From IMG/VR virus record IMGVR_UViG_3300045988_022004: a DNA stretch of 60,777 nt; one strand, given 5' to 3'. Below are positions 1 to 7,512 of the stretch, one piece after another. The translations under genes were made by a program, and so were the position numbers. The notes beneath the pieces are model-generated. The model did not search any database, had not been told where the DNA came from, and was given only the letters and a program-made list of their open reading frames with translations. The DNA is from a virus. The first letter of the stretch is position 1; each line of letters begins with the position of its first letter.

Positions 1-89
1 GTTTTTTTGTTTCTTTTTCTCAAGCTGGACTGCTTTAGTTCTTTCTCTTCGTTTATAATTTTGTTTTTCAGCCCCACTCTTTTTAGAAA
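1..89. repeat. 89-bp terminal direct repeat, identical to 60689..60777. It marks genome closure: either a circular-assembly overlap or a short terminal redundancy.
   Basis: Bases 1-89 recur exactly at 60689-60777. An ORF crossing the junction stays in frame. Confidence 0.95.
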
Positions 90-273
90 AGCTTTTTATA
101 AACTTCTCACCAGCTTTAGCCGATGATCCAAGACTTTGATACGGATCTTTCCCAGATCCCCATTTGTATCTTCCGGATCGTCTTGGCAATCCGTAGTGTT
201 CCAGATGATCGTTTAAGAGTTCTTGATTATCGACTAAGAAATCTCGAACGTCATCCGCTGAGTAATTAGCCAT
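1..273 (-). CDS. 5' part (91 codons) of a junction-spanning gene. The product is a basic protein carrying the N-terminal motif HYGLPRRSGRYKWGSGKDPYQ. It continues at 60688 down to 60395, for 188 aa in total.
   Basis: The ATG at 273-271 overlaps the upstream stop. The frame is open to base 1 and continues in frame from 60688 into track ORF 60395..60613. Confidence 0.8.
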   Translation of the reverse strand, partial: MANYSADDVRDFLVDNQELLNDHLEHYGLPRRSGRYKWGSGKDPYQSLGSSAKAGEKFIKSFSKKSGAEKQNYKRRERTKAVQLEKKKQKN

Positions 274-640
274 CGTCGCTCTTTCCTTTCTCGTCATCTT
301 CTGAAATAGGATAGTAAAGCATGTACAATCTCCATTCCATTTCCCTAAGTTGCTCTTTCAAACTGTCCATTAACGAACCACTTGTCGGCGGATCAAATAA
401 CAGACGAGTTTTAATATACACGTAATCTTTTATCAAACTTAACTTTTGGGTATCCTCTTCAAATTCGCTCCAGGCATTGTCTACCCCTGTAATTCTGTAT
501 CCTTCTTTTGGTCCAACTCCCAAATGAGTAAGGGTTGCAAATGCTGAATTGATGTGAATCGTTAAATCCAAGTCAAACTGCTCGAAGTCATCAGGACATC
601 CAACAAGCTGCTTGATAGTTTTAAGAATGCTCTGTTCCAT
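266..640 (-). CDS. Hypothetical protein with an acidic C-terminus. It has a weak resemblance to gp6-type head-tail connector proteins.
   Basis: Track ORF 266..670. The internal ATG at 640 follows GAGGAGG with a 6-nt spacer and avoids overlap with the HNH gene. Confidence 0.6.
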   Translation of the reverse strand: MEQSILKTIKQLVGCPDDFEQFDLDLTIHINSAFATLTHLGVGPKEGYRITGVDNAWSEFEEDTQKLSLIKDYVYIKTRLLFDPPTSGSLMDSLKEQLREMEWRLYMLYYPISEDDEKGKSDDG

Positions 641-651
641 TGAATTCCTCC

Positions 652-1083
652 TCAATGTTTCCAAGGGCATGTGTCGTTTGGTCTCCTTATAACAGGCCCA
701 CTACGAATATTTGTATCGTGTCCGTAGTGTATTGCATTATGCGTTTGATGAGTTGTTGTCACAACGTTGTTCATGTCGAATATCATTGGGTCTCGGTTGA
801 GAACCATCTCTTTGGTAATTGGATTTATGTGATGTATCAACGGTCGGTTCTCTATCTCGTATCCTTCAACACCTAAATCACAACCGCCATCTCTGACAAT
901 TACTCTATGCCGAAACTCTCTCCATTCGCTCGATGAATATAATGCCTGATTAACCCATCGATCATAGCCGAATGTCTCGTACCCAACTGAACCTGACAGC
1001 ATTAAATATTGCAGTCGTTCTTCAAACGTAAGATACTTGATCATTTCCATATATGATCGTGACATAAGACTTGATCTACTCAT
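652..1083 (-). CDS. HNH endonuclease, of the type associated with packaging modules.
   Basis: Motif reading: GGCDLGV...IHHINPIT...NNVVTTTHQTHNAIH (H-N-H with Cys and His ligands). It lies close to the terminase genes. The start was chosen at ATG 1083. Confidence 0.75.
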   Translation of the reverse strand: MSRSSLMSRSYMEMIKYLTFEERLQYLMLSGSVGYETFGYDRWVNQALYSSSEWREFRHRVIVRDGGCDLGVEGYEIENRPLIHHINPITKEMVLNRDPMIFDMNNVVTTTHQTHNAIHYGHDTNIRSGPVIRRPNDTCPWKH

Positions 1084-1402
1084 CTTCGATACCCTGGTAT
1101 CTACGCATTGCTTCAATTGCTGCAGCATACCTCTCTTCGCTCTTAGCAGAAGCTTCCAACGAATCGATTTTGGCTTTAGTCTGCTTGGTTTCTTCTCTGA
1201 GCTTGTCCTGTTCCAGCTGCTCTCTTGAAGAACCGAGTTTTAAGAAATGTGTAATGACCTGTGATGAGGCTGTGCCTTCACGTAACTGCTTTTCAGCAGC
1301 ATCGAGTGAGAGATTGATCAAGTACTGTTCCCTGTCTTCAGGAGTCATAGGAACCCTTGAACGCTTCTTTGCGGAAGTGGCTGTCGCTGCTCTTCTTCCC
1401 AT
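1076..1402 (-). CDS. Small basic coiled-coil protein; candidate small terminase subunit or DNA-binding packaging protein.
   Basis: 108 aa with an Arg/Lys-rich N-terminus. It is the first gene after a long structured intergenic region and lies upstream of HNH and TerL. The call rests on position only. Confidence 0.35.
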   Translation of the reverse strand: MGRRAATATSAKKRSRVPMTPEDREQYLINLSLDAAEKQLREGTASSQVITHFLKLGSSREQLEQDKLREETKQTKAKIDSLEASAKSEERYAAAIEAMRRYQGIEDE

Positions 1403-1641
1403 ATACTTTCGTCTCCTTTCTAATATCTTTTGCCGAGACGTCGAATACTTTACGTACTCTCTATAAGAGATCTAGGTATGTTTTAATAACCCTGAAAGGA
1501 GTCTTCAACTGAAAGAGGGTCCTTCTATGTGCGACAAAAGAAGACCAAGATCCCTTATAGAGAGGGCGTAAAGCTGTCAATCTAAAATCCATTTTGACAG
1601 GATTTTGACCCCCGGAGAATTTTTAAGGAGACCGGCGATGA

Positions 1642-1673
1642 CGGAGGGGGTGCTATTTTGACGACCCCCTCCG
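1642..1673. repeat. GC-rich perfect 10-bp inverted repeat (CGGAGGGGGT / ACCCCCTCCG) with a 12-nt loop.
   Basis: Read directly from the sequence. It sits in the 383-bp non-coding gap 1403-1785 and is flanked by three ATTTTGAC copies. Confidence 0.8.
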
Positions 1674-1749
1674 GGTGCTAGCTGAGACACTCGAACGCTA
1701 TTTAGAGTCTTCATGTTTGTGAAAGCTCTAAAAACATTCAAATCTCAGC

Positions 1750-1822
1750 TTTTGTTTACTTGTTTCTATGGATTTTTGGTTTTGTTTACTTGTTGCTATG
1801 AATCTTTGGTTTTGTTTCTCCG
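1750..1822. repeat. About 2.4 tandem copies of a 30-bp unit (TTTTGTTTACTTGTTTCTATGGATTTTTGG).
   Basis: Units lie at 1750-1779 and 1780-1809, with a partial unit at 1810-1822. The repeat duplicates the last codons and stop of gene 1786..2124. Confidence 0.85.
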
Positions 1823-2124
1823 TTTACACGAGTTACTCTAAAGTATTGGCCCATGAAATCATTATTGAGAATCTTGTTGATAGCAATAGCCAAACACTCT
1901 TCGTACTCAGCATCGCTCATATCTGATGTGTCAGTATCAAAGTATCTAGCTAAGTATCCTGAAGTGCAATAGCCTTTTGACTCGTCAAACCTGTACCAAT
2001 TGTCGAAATCAACAAAAGGATCAAAAGGGTTATCCACTGTTGTGATCCATATATGTAATGTATCATTACGATCAGCAGGACTTTGCGTTGCTAACTTAAG
2101 TGATCCATCTTCTGCATTGCTCAT
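1786..2124 (-). CDS. Hypothetical protein containing the motif NPFDPFVDFDNWYRFDE..GY.
   Basis: Track ORF; its ATG is preceded by AGGAAAGGAG. Confidence 0.7.
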   Translation of the reverse strand: MSNAEDGSLKLATQSPADRNDTLHIWITTVDNPFDPFVDFDNWYRFDESKGYCTSGYLARYFDTDTSDMSDAEYEECLAIAINKILNNDFMGQYFRVTRVNGETKPKIHSNK

Positions 2125-2141
2125 TCCCTAATTCTCCTTTC

Positions 2142-4841
2142 CTATAAATATTTATTGATAGTTGATACAGAAAGTCCAGTTGCTTCAGCGACTTCAGCTT
2201 GTGTATAGCCGAAGTTAAGCATAGACTTGATTCGTGAAACTTGTGAAGCATTAACTGTAACAGCTTTTCTAGGTGAAGCGAATTGCTTAACCTTGTCTGA
2301 ATCGGCATTGTTAAGTATTTGCTCAAGTTTTGATGTACTGATTGCACCAGCTTGAATTGCTTGCCATTCTCTTTCAGATATGTCTACCTGAACATTAGAC
2401 TTAGATGCACCAACCTTTGCTCTAGCTGCTGTTAAAGCCTGCTGACCAGCTCGTTTGATTTCATCTGGTGTCCAATCAGGATTGGCTTCCTGCTTCTTCT
2501 TTAATGTCTTATTAGCTAATATCTGCGCCTGTCTTTCTTTTGGCGCGTTTTGTAGCGCCCTATTAAGCTTAGCGTTAAGACTTGCAACTTCAGTTGAATA
2601 CACTTCTTTAGCTTTAGCATTCATTTCGATGTTCTTAGTTGCAACCATGTTCTTTCTAGCTATGTTAGCCATAGACTTAAGGGAGTTGGCATAGTCGGCA
2701 TATGCAACCTCTTTTGGATTCGGATCTTTAGATAACAAGGTACGGGCATCCGTAGTAGCTGCCATCTTTGTTGTTTTTGTGGTAGCCAGTTTTTCTCCTC
2801 TTGATTCCCATGTCCCATCCTTATTTCTTTTCCAGTCCGTATAGGTACGCCCTGTAAGCTCCGGATGTACTTCACCAGTCTTAGGATCAATGTCCTTCAA
2901 ACGAATCTGTTTTGCTTCAGGAACATAGGCTACTGACTTAGACCGGGATAGGAGTGTGGATGCACCAGCATCACTGGCACCCTGGTACTTTCTTTTTAGC
3001 TCGGCTATACGGTTCTCTTCAAAGGACCGCTTATAGTCCAAGCCATGTTTAGGAGCATCGATTACAACCATTGAGTGACGTACTGCTCTTGCAATTTCCT
3101 CAGGCTTTGCTCCTTTCAATGTCATATCAGTAATAAGGTTGGAGATCTTACCCATTTCCAATCCTTTACGTTTCTCTGGAAGTTTTGCTGTAACTCCTTC
3201 AATTCCACGGTACGCAATCTTAGGGTCGAAATCCTTTAAACCAATATATGCACTAATATCAGAAGTAGTTATTTTAACTTTTGATCTTGGCGAGTTAGAC
3301 GGAATTACTACTGCCGTATCTCCGTCAAAGTCAGCTCCTGATAATCTTTCTGCAACCTTAGAGTTAATACCAACTGCATCGATTGCATTACCAAGCATTG
3401 ACTTTCCTTGTGGATTCTTATTGTTTACTTTAAGCTCTGGAATCTCGAATGTACCACCATGTGGGAAACGAACAAGACATACAGTTTCTCCATTCTTGTA
3501 CGATGGTGCATATATTTCGTTGTCTTTTAGAGAAGAAACAGGTAAGATTACTTTAGAGCTTTGCCTTGGAAGTGCTGCTGCTTTAAGATCTACTGCCTGG
3601 CTGTCGCAACCCTCAGCAAAGTCTGCTAACAACTTCCGTTTAACAACCGGGTTTGTCATTTTGAGTATCTTATCAAGCTCATCCTGGCGATTGTCAATCG
3701 ATTGCTTAAGCTGCTTTTTGATCAATGGGAGCTGCTGTTTTGACAGGAACTGAGAAGCAAGGTTCTTAGAATAATGATCCCAATCGCCTTCCTCTTTCAG
3801 CTTGTTGATAGCTCCTAACTTCTCATTGCCATCCTTATCTTTGTAATGGTACTGACCATTTGCTTTAATTGTTGCTCCAAACGGATTATCCGGATCGTCT
3901 TTCATTTTCTTGAAGACATCCATTTTTGGTACATCACTTGTCTTGTTGGTATTGAATATTACATCAACGCCTTTTGGCATGTCGTCTGAATAGATTGCCA
4001 TACCTTTCAGATAGTGAGTACCATCAACAGCGATTCTTACCTGTGCGTAATGTGAATCGCCAAGGTCGAGATCCTTAACGCCTCTTCGAAGTTCGATAAC
4101 TCCATCTTTCTCCAGACCACCTTTGTCACCATATCTTACAGCAACTCGACTTGATGAGATACTTGTAGGGTATTCCGGAGCCCAGAAAGTAGTTCCGCCA
4201 TCATTGGAATACTTGTTTACTGGCTGGATCTTATCAGTATGCTGCTGAACATCTTTCCATTCAGTTCCTGGAGGGCAAAGAACTTTAGTAGTTGTATACT
4301 GCCCTTTTTGATTGATCTGTGGAACTCTTACAGAATGTACTACATATCCGGCTTCTTTTAAGATCTGAAGAGAAACATCCAATCTTGTTTTGGTGATTCC
4401 CATCTCTCTTTCGACTCCAGTACCAACATCGATGAAGTTCTTGGTTCCAACTTTCTTAGCTAAGGTTTCGGCTGCATTGATGCATGCGTCTTTCTTAAGC
4501 TTTTCACCTTGGTTCAATAACGATCGAACTGTTGATTCTTTCGATGTTGAATTGAACATAAGTTCGGCTATTTTTACATTAGAGTATCCATGCTCTTTTA
4601 ATTTCATAGCTCTGTTGATTCGATCGACCTTTTCGGCATTGACATAAATCGACTGTTTATTTCTAAACTCAGTTGTCTTCATGCCCATGAATGCAGCAAT
4701 CTCTTTCTCACTCTTGCCACGAGCTTTCATTTCCTGAACGGTTTTCAAGAACTCTGCATTGTGCTGATATGGGTTGTCGCCAGAACCCCATGGGTATCTC
4801 CCCGAATGTCGAGGAGTACCATAGTGTGCTAAGTAGCTCAT
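2142..4841 (-). CDS. Single-chain double-psi beta-barrel (DPBB) RNA polymerase-like protein of the YonO / RNAi-RdRP / crAss-vRNAP type. It carries HTH-like modules and an N-terminal HYGTPRHSGRYPWGSGDNPYQ motif.
   Basis: aa 454-512 read VCLVRFPHGGTFEIPEL...ERLSGADFDGDTAVVIP. This is an R-x-P strand followed by a DxDGD metal loop (nt 3318-3332). HTH-like segments occur at aa 40-108 and 875-899. Confidence 0.6.
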   Translation of the reverse strand: MSYLAHYGTPRHSGRYPWGSGDNPYQHNAEFLKTVQEMKARGKSEKEIAAFMGMKTTEFRNKQSIYVNAEKVDRINRAMKLKEHGYSNVKIAELMFNSTSKESTVRSLLNQGEKLKKDACINAAETLAKKVGTKNFIDVGTGVEREMGITKTRLDVSLQILKEAGYVVHSVRVPQINQKGQYTTTKVLCPPGTEWKDVQQHTDKIQPVNKYSNDGGTTFWAPEYPTSISSSRVAVRYGDKGGLEKDGVIELRRGVKDLDLGDSHYAQVRIAVDGTHYLKGMAIYSDDMPKGVDVIFNTNKTSDVPKMDVFKKMKDDPDNPFGATIKANGQYHYKDKDGNEKLGAINKLKEEGDWDHYSKNLASQFLSKQQLPLIKKQLKQSIDNRQDELDKILKMTNPVVKRKLLADFAEGCDSQAVDLKAAALPRQSSKVILPVSSLKDNEIYAPSYKNGETVCLVRFPHGGTFEIPELKVNNKNPQGKSMLGNAIDAVGINSKVAERLSGADFDGDTAVVIPSNSPRSKVKITTSDISAYIGLKDFDPKIAYRGIEGVTAKLPEKRKGLEMGKISNLITDMTLKGAKPEEIARAVRHSMVVIDAPKHGLDYKRSFEENRIAELKRKYQGASDAGASTLLSRSKSVAYVPEAKQIRLKDIDPKTGEVHPELTGRTYTDWKRNKDGTWESRGEKLATTKTTKMAATTDARTLLSKDPNPKEVAYADYANSLKSMANIARKNMVATKNIEMNAKAKEVYSTEVASLNAKLNRALQNAPKERQAQILANKTLKKKQEANPDWTPDEIKRAGQQALTAARAKVGASKSNVQVDISEREWQAIQAGAISTSKLEQILNNADSDKVKQFASPRKAVTVNASQVSRIKSMLNFGYTQAEVAEATGLSVSTINKYL

Positions 4842-5404
4842 TCAATGCCCTCCTCTTTCTTGACTGATACAATGATCTTATCAAACGATTTAATCTTGTC
4901 CATGATAGGTAATATAATTTCAGGTGTTGGAGTCTCTTTAAGAATTTCGTTATTTTGATAGATTCTCAATTCAATTCCAATATCGCCTGGTTTGATTCCA
5001 TACTCTAAGCAGAACAGTGCAGTGTAGATTTCCAACTGCTGCATGTGAGCAGGAATATCGCCTGTCTTTAAATCATGGATTCTGAGATAGTCTTTTGCAA
5101 ACTTAATTGCGTCAGCTGTACCAAAACAATTCTCAGAATAATACAACACCTGCTCTGGTGTCATTCTGTACCCAATTGCATCATTGACATGCATGTTGAG
5201 TGTTAACGGTGATCTTGGCAATCTTTGCCGAAGCTTAATACATTTTGCTGCAAACTCATGCAACTCAGTTCCTTGCTGAGCTTTCAGAAATCTTCGGTAT
5301 GTGTTTTCAAGTTTCTCAGCATCATAGTTTATCCAATGATACTTGCTAGCTCCGAGATATGCGTGATCTCCTTCTTTTACTTGCGAATGCTTCCTGAATT
5401 CCAT
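4838..5404 (-). CDS. PD-(D/E)xK family nuclease (RecB/Cas4-like, phage exonuclease type).
   Basis: GASKYHW near the N-terminus; D..AIKF...IHDLKTG (D-x(n)-D-x-K). The ATG at 5404 follows AAAAAGGAGA. The track start at 5461 is an upstream extension. Confidence 0.55.
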   Translation of the reverse strand: MEFRKHSQVKEGDHAYLGASKYHWINYDAEKLENTYRRFLKAQQGTELHEFAAKCIKLRQRLPRSPLTLNMHVNDAIGYRMTPEQVLYYSENCFGTADAIKFAKDYLRIHDLKTGDIPAHMQQLEIYTALFCLEYGIKPGDIGIELRIYQNNEILKETPTPEIILPIMDKIKSFDKIIVSVKKEEGIE

Positions 5405-5672
5405 TATATATCTCCTTTTTGTTTTGAGGGTAAATGAAACTTCCGTATTGGCCCATTTCATTTGCCTTGTTTACATAGTAATCCTGATTAGGTCTGTGAC
5501 TAGCGTCGGCATCTCTTTTTACTTCAAGTAACGCCCATCCTTCTTTTGCTAACAAAACCAAATCAGGAATGCCCTGTTTATAATTAGGGTCGTTCTTTAA
5601 AATAATAGAATCTGGAAATAACTCTTTTAATTCCGAAATTATATCGGACTGAATTTTGTTTTCTTTATTCAT
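5346..5672 (-). CDS. VRR-NUC domain nuclease.
   Basis: GIPDLVLLAKEGWALLEVKRDADASHRPNQ matches the G-x-PD...E-x-K...Q pattern. Confidence 0.6.
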   Translation of the reverse strand: MNKENKIQSDIISELKELFPDSIILKNDPNYKQGIPDLVLLAKEGWALLEVKRDADASHRPNQDYYVNKANEMGQYGSFIYPQNKKEIYNGIQEAFASKRRRSRISRS

Positions 5673-5807
5673 TGTTCTCCTTTCGTAGGGCCGGAGGTAA
5701 ACGTAATGGCAGAATTTATTTTATACAGTTGCAGAACTTTAATCAATAAAAAGAGCCCCACGAAAAGATGAGCAAAAGGAAAAGAGGCAGATTCGTCTCT
5801 CTCCCCT

Positions 5808-5832
5808 ATAATAAGCTATGTTTTTTTCGCGA
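5808..5832 (-). promoter_or_regulatory. Promoter-like cassette P1: TCGCGA-N13-TATTAT on the minus strand.
   Basis: It has the same geometry as 15 other copies. It lies directly after the helicase stop and is followed by a leader of about 135 nt before gene 5346..5672. Confidence 0.45.
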
Positions 5833-5834
5833 GG

Positions 5835-7040
5835 CTATTTTATGAAAGCAGACTCATTGAAATTCTTTTTCTGAGCTAGAGCTCTAGTGATACGAAGTTC
5901 AATTGGACTTCTGCATTTCAAATGAAAGTACTTAAGTTCTTTGTATGGAGTTGTAAGTCTGTCGATTCTTCCGCTAGCCTGCTTCATCATTTTATATGAG
6001 TAGTTCTGAGAATAGAAGACCATCGTATCAGTCTTTATACAATTCCATGCTTCCGACCCAGCATTGTATTGAACAAGGTAAATCCATTTTGAATGATCGA
6101 ATGGTTCTAGATCATGCCTGTGTCCATTCAGTTCAGCGATTGCTACATCTTCGCCGAAGCCTATGTTTTTTATTATTTCCAATTCATAATCGAAATTGTA
6201 GAATACGATAAGTTTGTTATGTTCTTCGAAAATGTTTCGCAATGCTTCAGCTCTACTTTCATCAGCATAGCAAATCTTTCTTAGCTTGTAACATAACTCA
6301 CTAATGTTTTCTATTGGTTCGTTCTTCTCATAATCCCACCTGTCTTTCATAAGATTCTTATAAGCTTCTTTATCAAATGAGCACCAAACATCTTCGTGAT
6401 GTTGAACTGCTGGATTTTGATATGGCATGTCTACTAAGACTCTTCGTCTCAATCTGTTTAATCTTTCAGTTCCAATGATTCTTTCAATCTGCGGAAACTT
6501 ACTGAATCTCGAATATACACAATGCTCTGCTGTGAATTCACTTTTGTTCTTGTAGAATCCATTGGCAATAAACACTGGCATGTAATCCATAAAATTATCG
6601 CCAGGAGTTGCCGACAGCAATATCCATTCATTGGACTTTGCAATCTTTAGGAATGCTTTAGTCCAAGCGCCATAGCCAACTACTCGTTGTTCGTCAAAAA
6701 TAAAGAAGCTGTTTTTAACATCTGCATACTTCTTAATATTGTTCCACGAATCAATAACAACTTTATGATCGTAGATTTTTGTTTTATCGTCTGGTGTTAA
6801 GTGAAACCAACTCATGTCCCCAATCCATTCACCGCTATCTCTCTTTTTGGCAGTTGTTATAATATATAAATCTTTTGGATTAACCATTTTAGTCATTGGT
6901 TCAACGGTTCCACCATTTCGAATGAAGTAGTACGCGAGTCCGGTAATAGATTTACCAGACCCTGTACCACCACAAAGTATACAGCCGTTATGCATTTTCT
7001 TTATTGCACTTCTTTGGTGCGGTTTCAGCTTTAATCCCAT
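5835..7040 (-). CDS. SF2 (DEAD/SNF2-like) helicase.
   Basis: Motifs read by eye: GGTGSGKS (Walker A), IFDEQR (motif II), LSATPG (motif III), QASGRIDR (motif VI). Confidence 0.75.
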   Translation of the reverse strand: MGLKLKPHQRSAIKKMHNGCILCGGTGSGKSITGLAYYFIRNGGTVEPMTKMVNPKDLYIITTAKKRDSGEWIGDMSWFHLTPDDKTKIYDHKVVIDSWNNIKKYADVKNSFFIFDEQRVVGYGAWTKAFLKIAKSNEWILLSATPGDNFMDYMPVFIANGFYKNKSEFTAEHCVYSRFSKFPQIERIIGTERLNRLRRRVLVDMPYQNPAVQHHEDVWCSFDKEAYKNLMKDRWDYEKNEPIENISELCYKLRKICYADESRAEALRNIFEEHNKLIVFYNFDYELEIIKNIGFGEDVAIAELNGHRHDLEPFDHSKWIYLVQYNAGSEAWNCIKTDTMVFYSQNYSYKMMKQASGRIDRLTTPYKELKYFHLKCRSPIELRITRALAQKKNFNESAFIK

Positions 7041-7041
7041 A

Positions 7042-7497
7042 CTAATCTAAATCAGCGTATTTTTCGGCGAACTTGTTCTCACGAATTGTAACATACATGG
7101 AATCTACATATGCTGTAATTCCGGAACGACCAGACATCTCCCATTCGTAAGGGCGAATTGAAATATCACAATTTACAATGTCAACGACATCGAGCTGCGC
7201 TACTGTGTTCTCATCCAGTAAGTTTTTATGATTACCAACAATAAGCCATACCTGAGTGTATCTGTTCATGTTAAGCTTTACAGGGAGCGTCCATTCCTGT
7301 TCTGAGGAATCCGCCCCTTCAGGAAGAGGACGTTCTTTGACGTTCCATCCCTCATTGCTTAATTCATCAGCCATTACCGGATCATCGATTACAACACTGA
7401 ATCCTCTTTTACCAGGATTGTATTTGTCTCTTTCTCCTGAGAAGTTCTTCCAAATAATAAGTGCACCTTCAATATTAATGTTGTTTACGTTTGCCAT
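7042..7497 (-). CDS. Candidate OB-fold ssDNA-binding protein, T7 gp2.5-like.
   Basis: 151 aa. ISIRPYEWEMSGRSGITAYV resembles the gp2.5 core. It has an acidic C-terminal tail (KFAEKYADLD) and lies between the helicase and polymerase genes. Confidence 0.45.
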   Translation of the reverse strand: MANVNNINIEGALIIWKNFSGERDKYNPGKRGFSVVIDDPVMADELSNEGWNVKERPLPEGADSSEQEWTLPVKLNMNRYTQVWLIVGNHKNLLDENTVAQLDVVDIVNCDISIRPYEWEMSGRSGITAYVDSMYVTIRENKFAEKYADLD

Positions 7498-7512
7498 GAT
7501 AGACCTTCCTTT

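Noticed and set aside
1-89. Interpreting the 89-bp end repeat as a genuine virion direct terminal repeat.
   Set aside because: This cannot be distinguished from a circular-assembly overlap using sequence alone. A gene spans the junction, and the more likely packaging-signal region is at 1.4-1.8 kb. It is reported only as genome closure.
1461-1592. A 43-codon minus-strand ORF (MDFRLTALRPLYKGSW...) inside the large non-coding region.
   Set aside because: It has no RBS and a basic low-information sequence. The region is better explained as structured regulatory or packaging DNA.
3139-3753. Plus-strand ORFs throughout the track, for example 3139..3753, 44311..44961, 50644..51090 and 7256..7609.
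   Set aside because: All lie antisense inside long, motif-bearing minus-strand genes. They lack RBSs and have low-complexity translations. They are shadow ORFs.
5835-7040. The 401-aa protein as a possible integrase, on the basis of size.
   Set aside because: It carries Walker A, DEQR, SAT and QxxGRxxR helicase motifs and has no R-H-R-Y recombinase signature.
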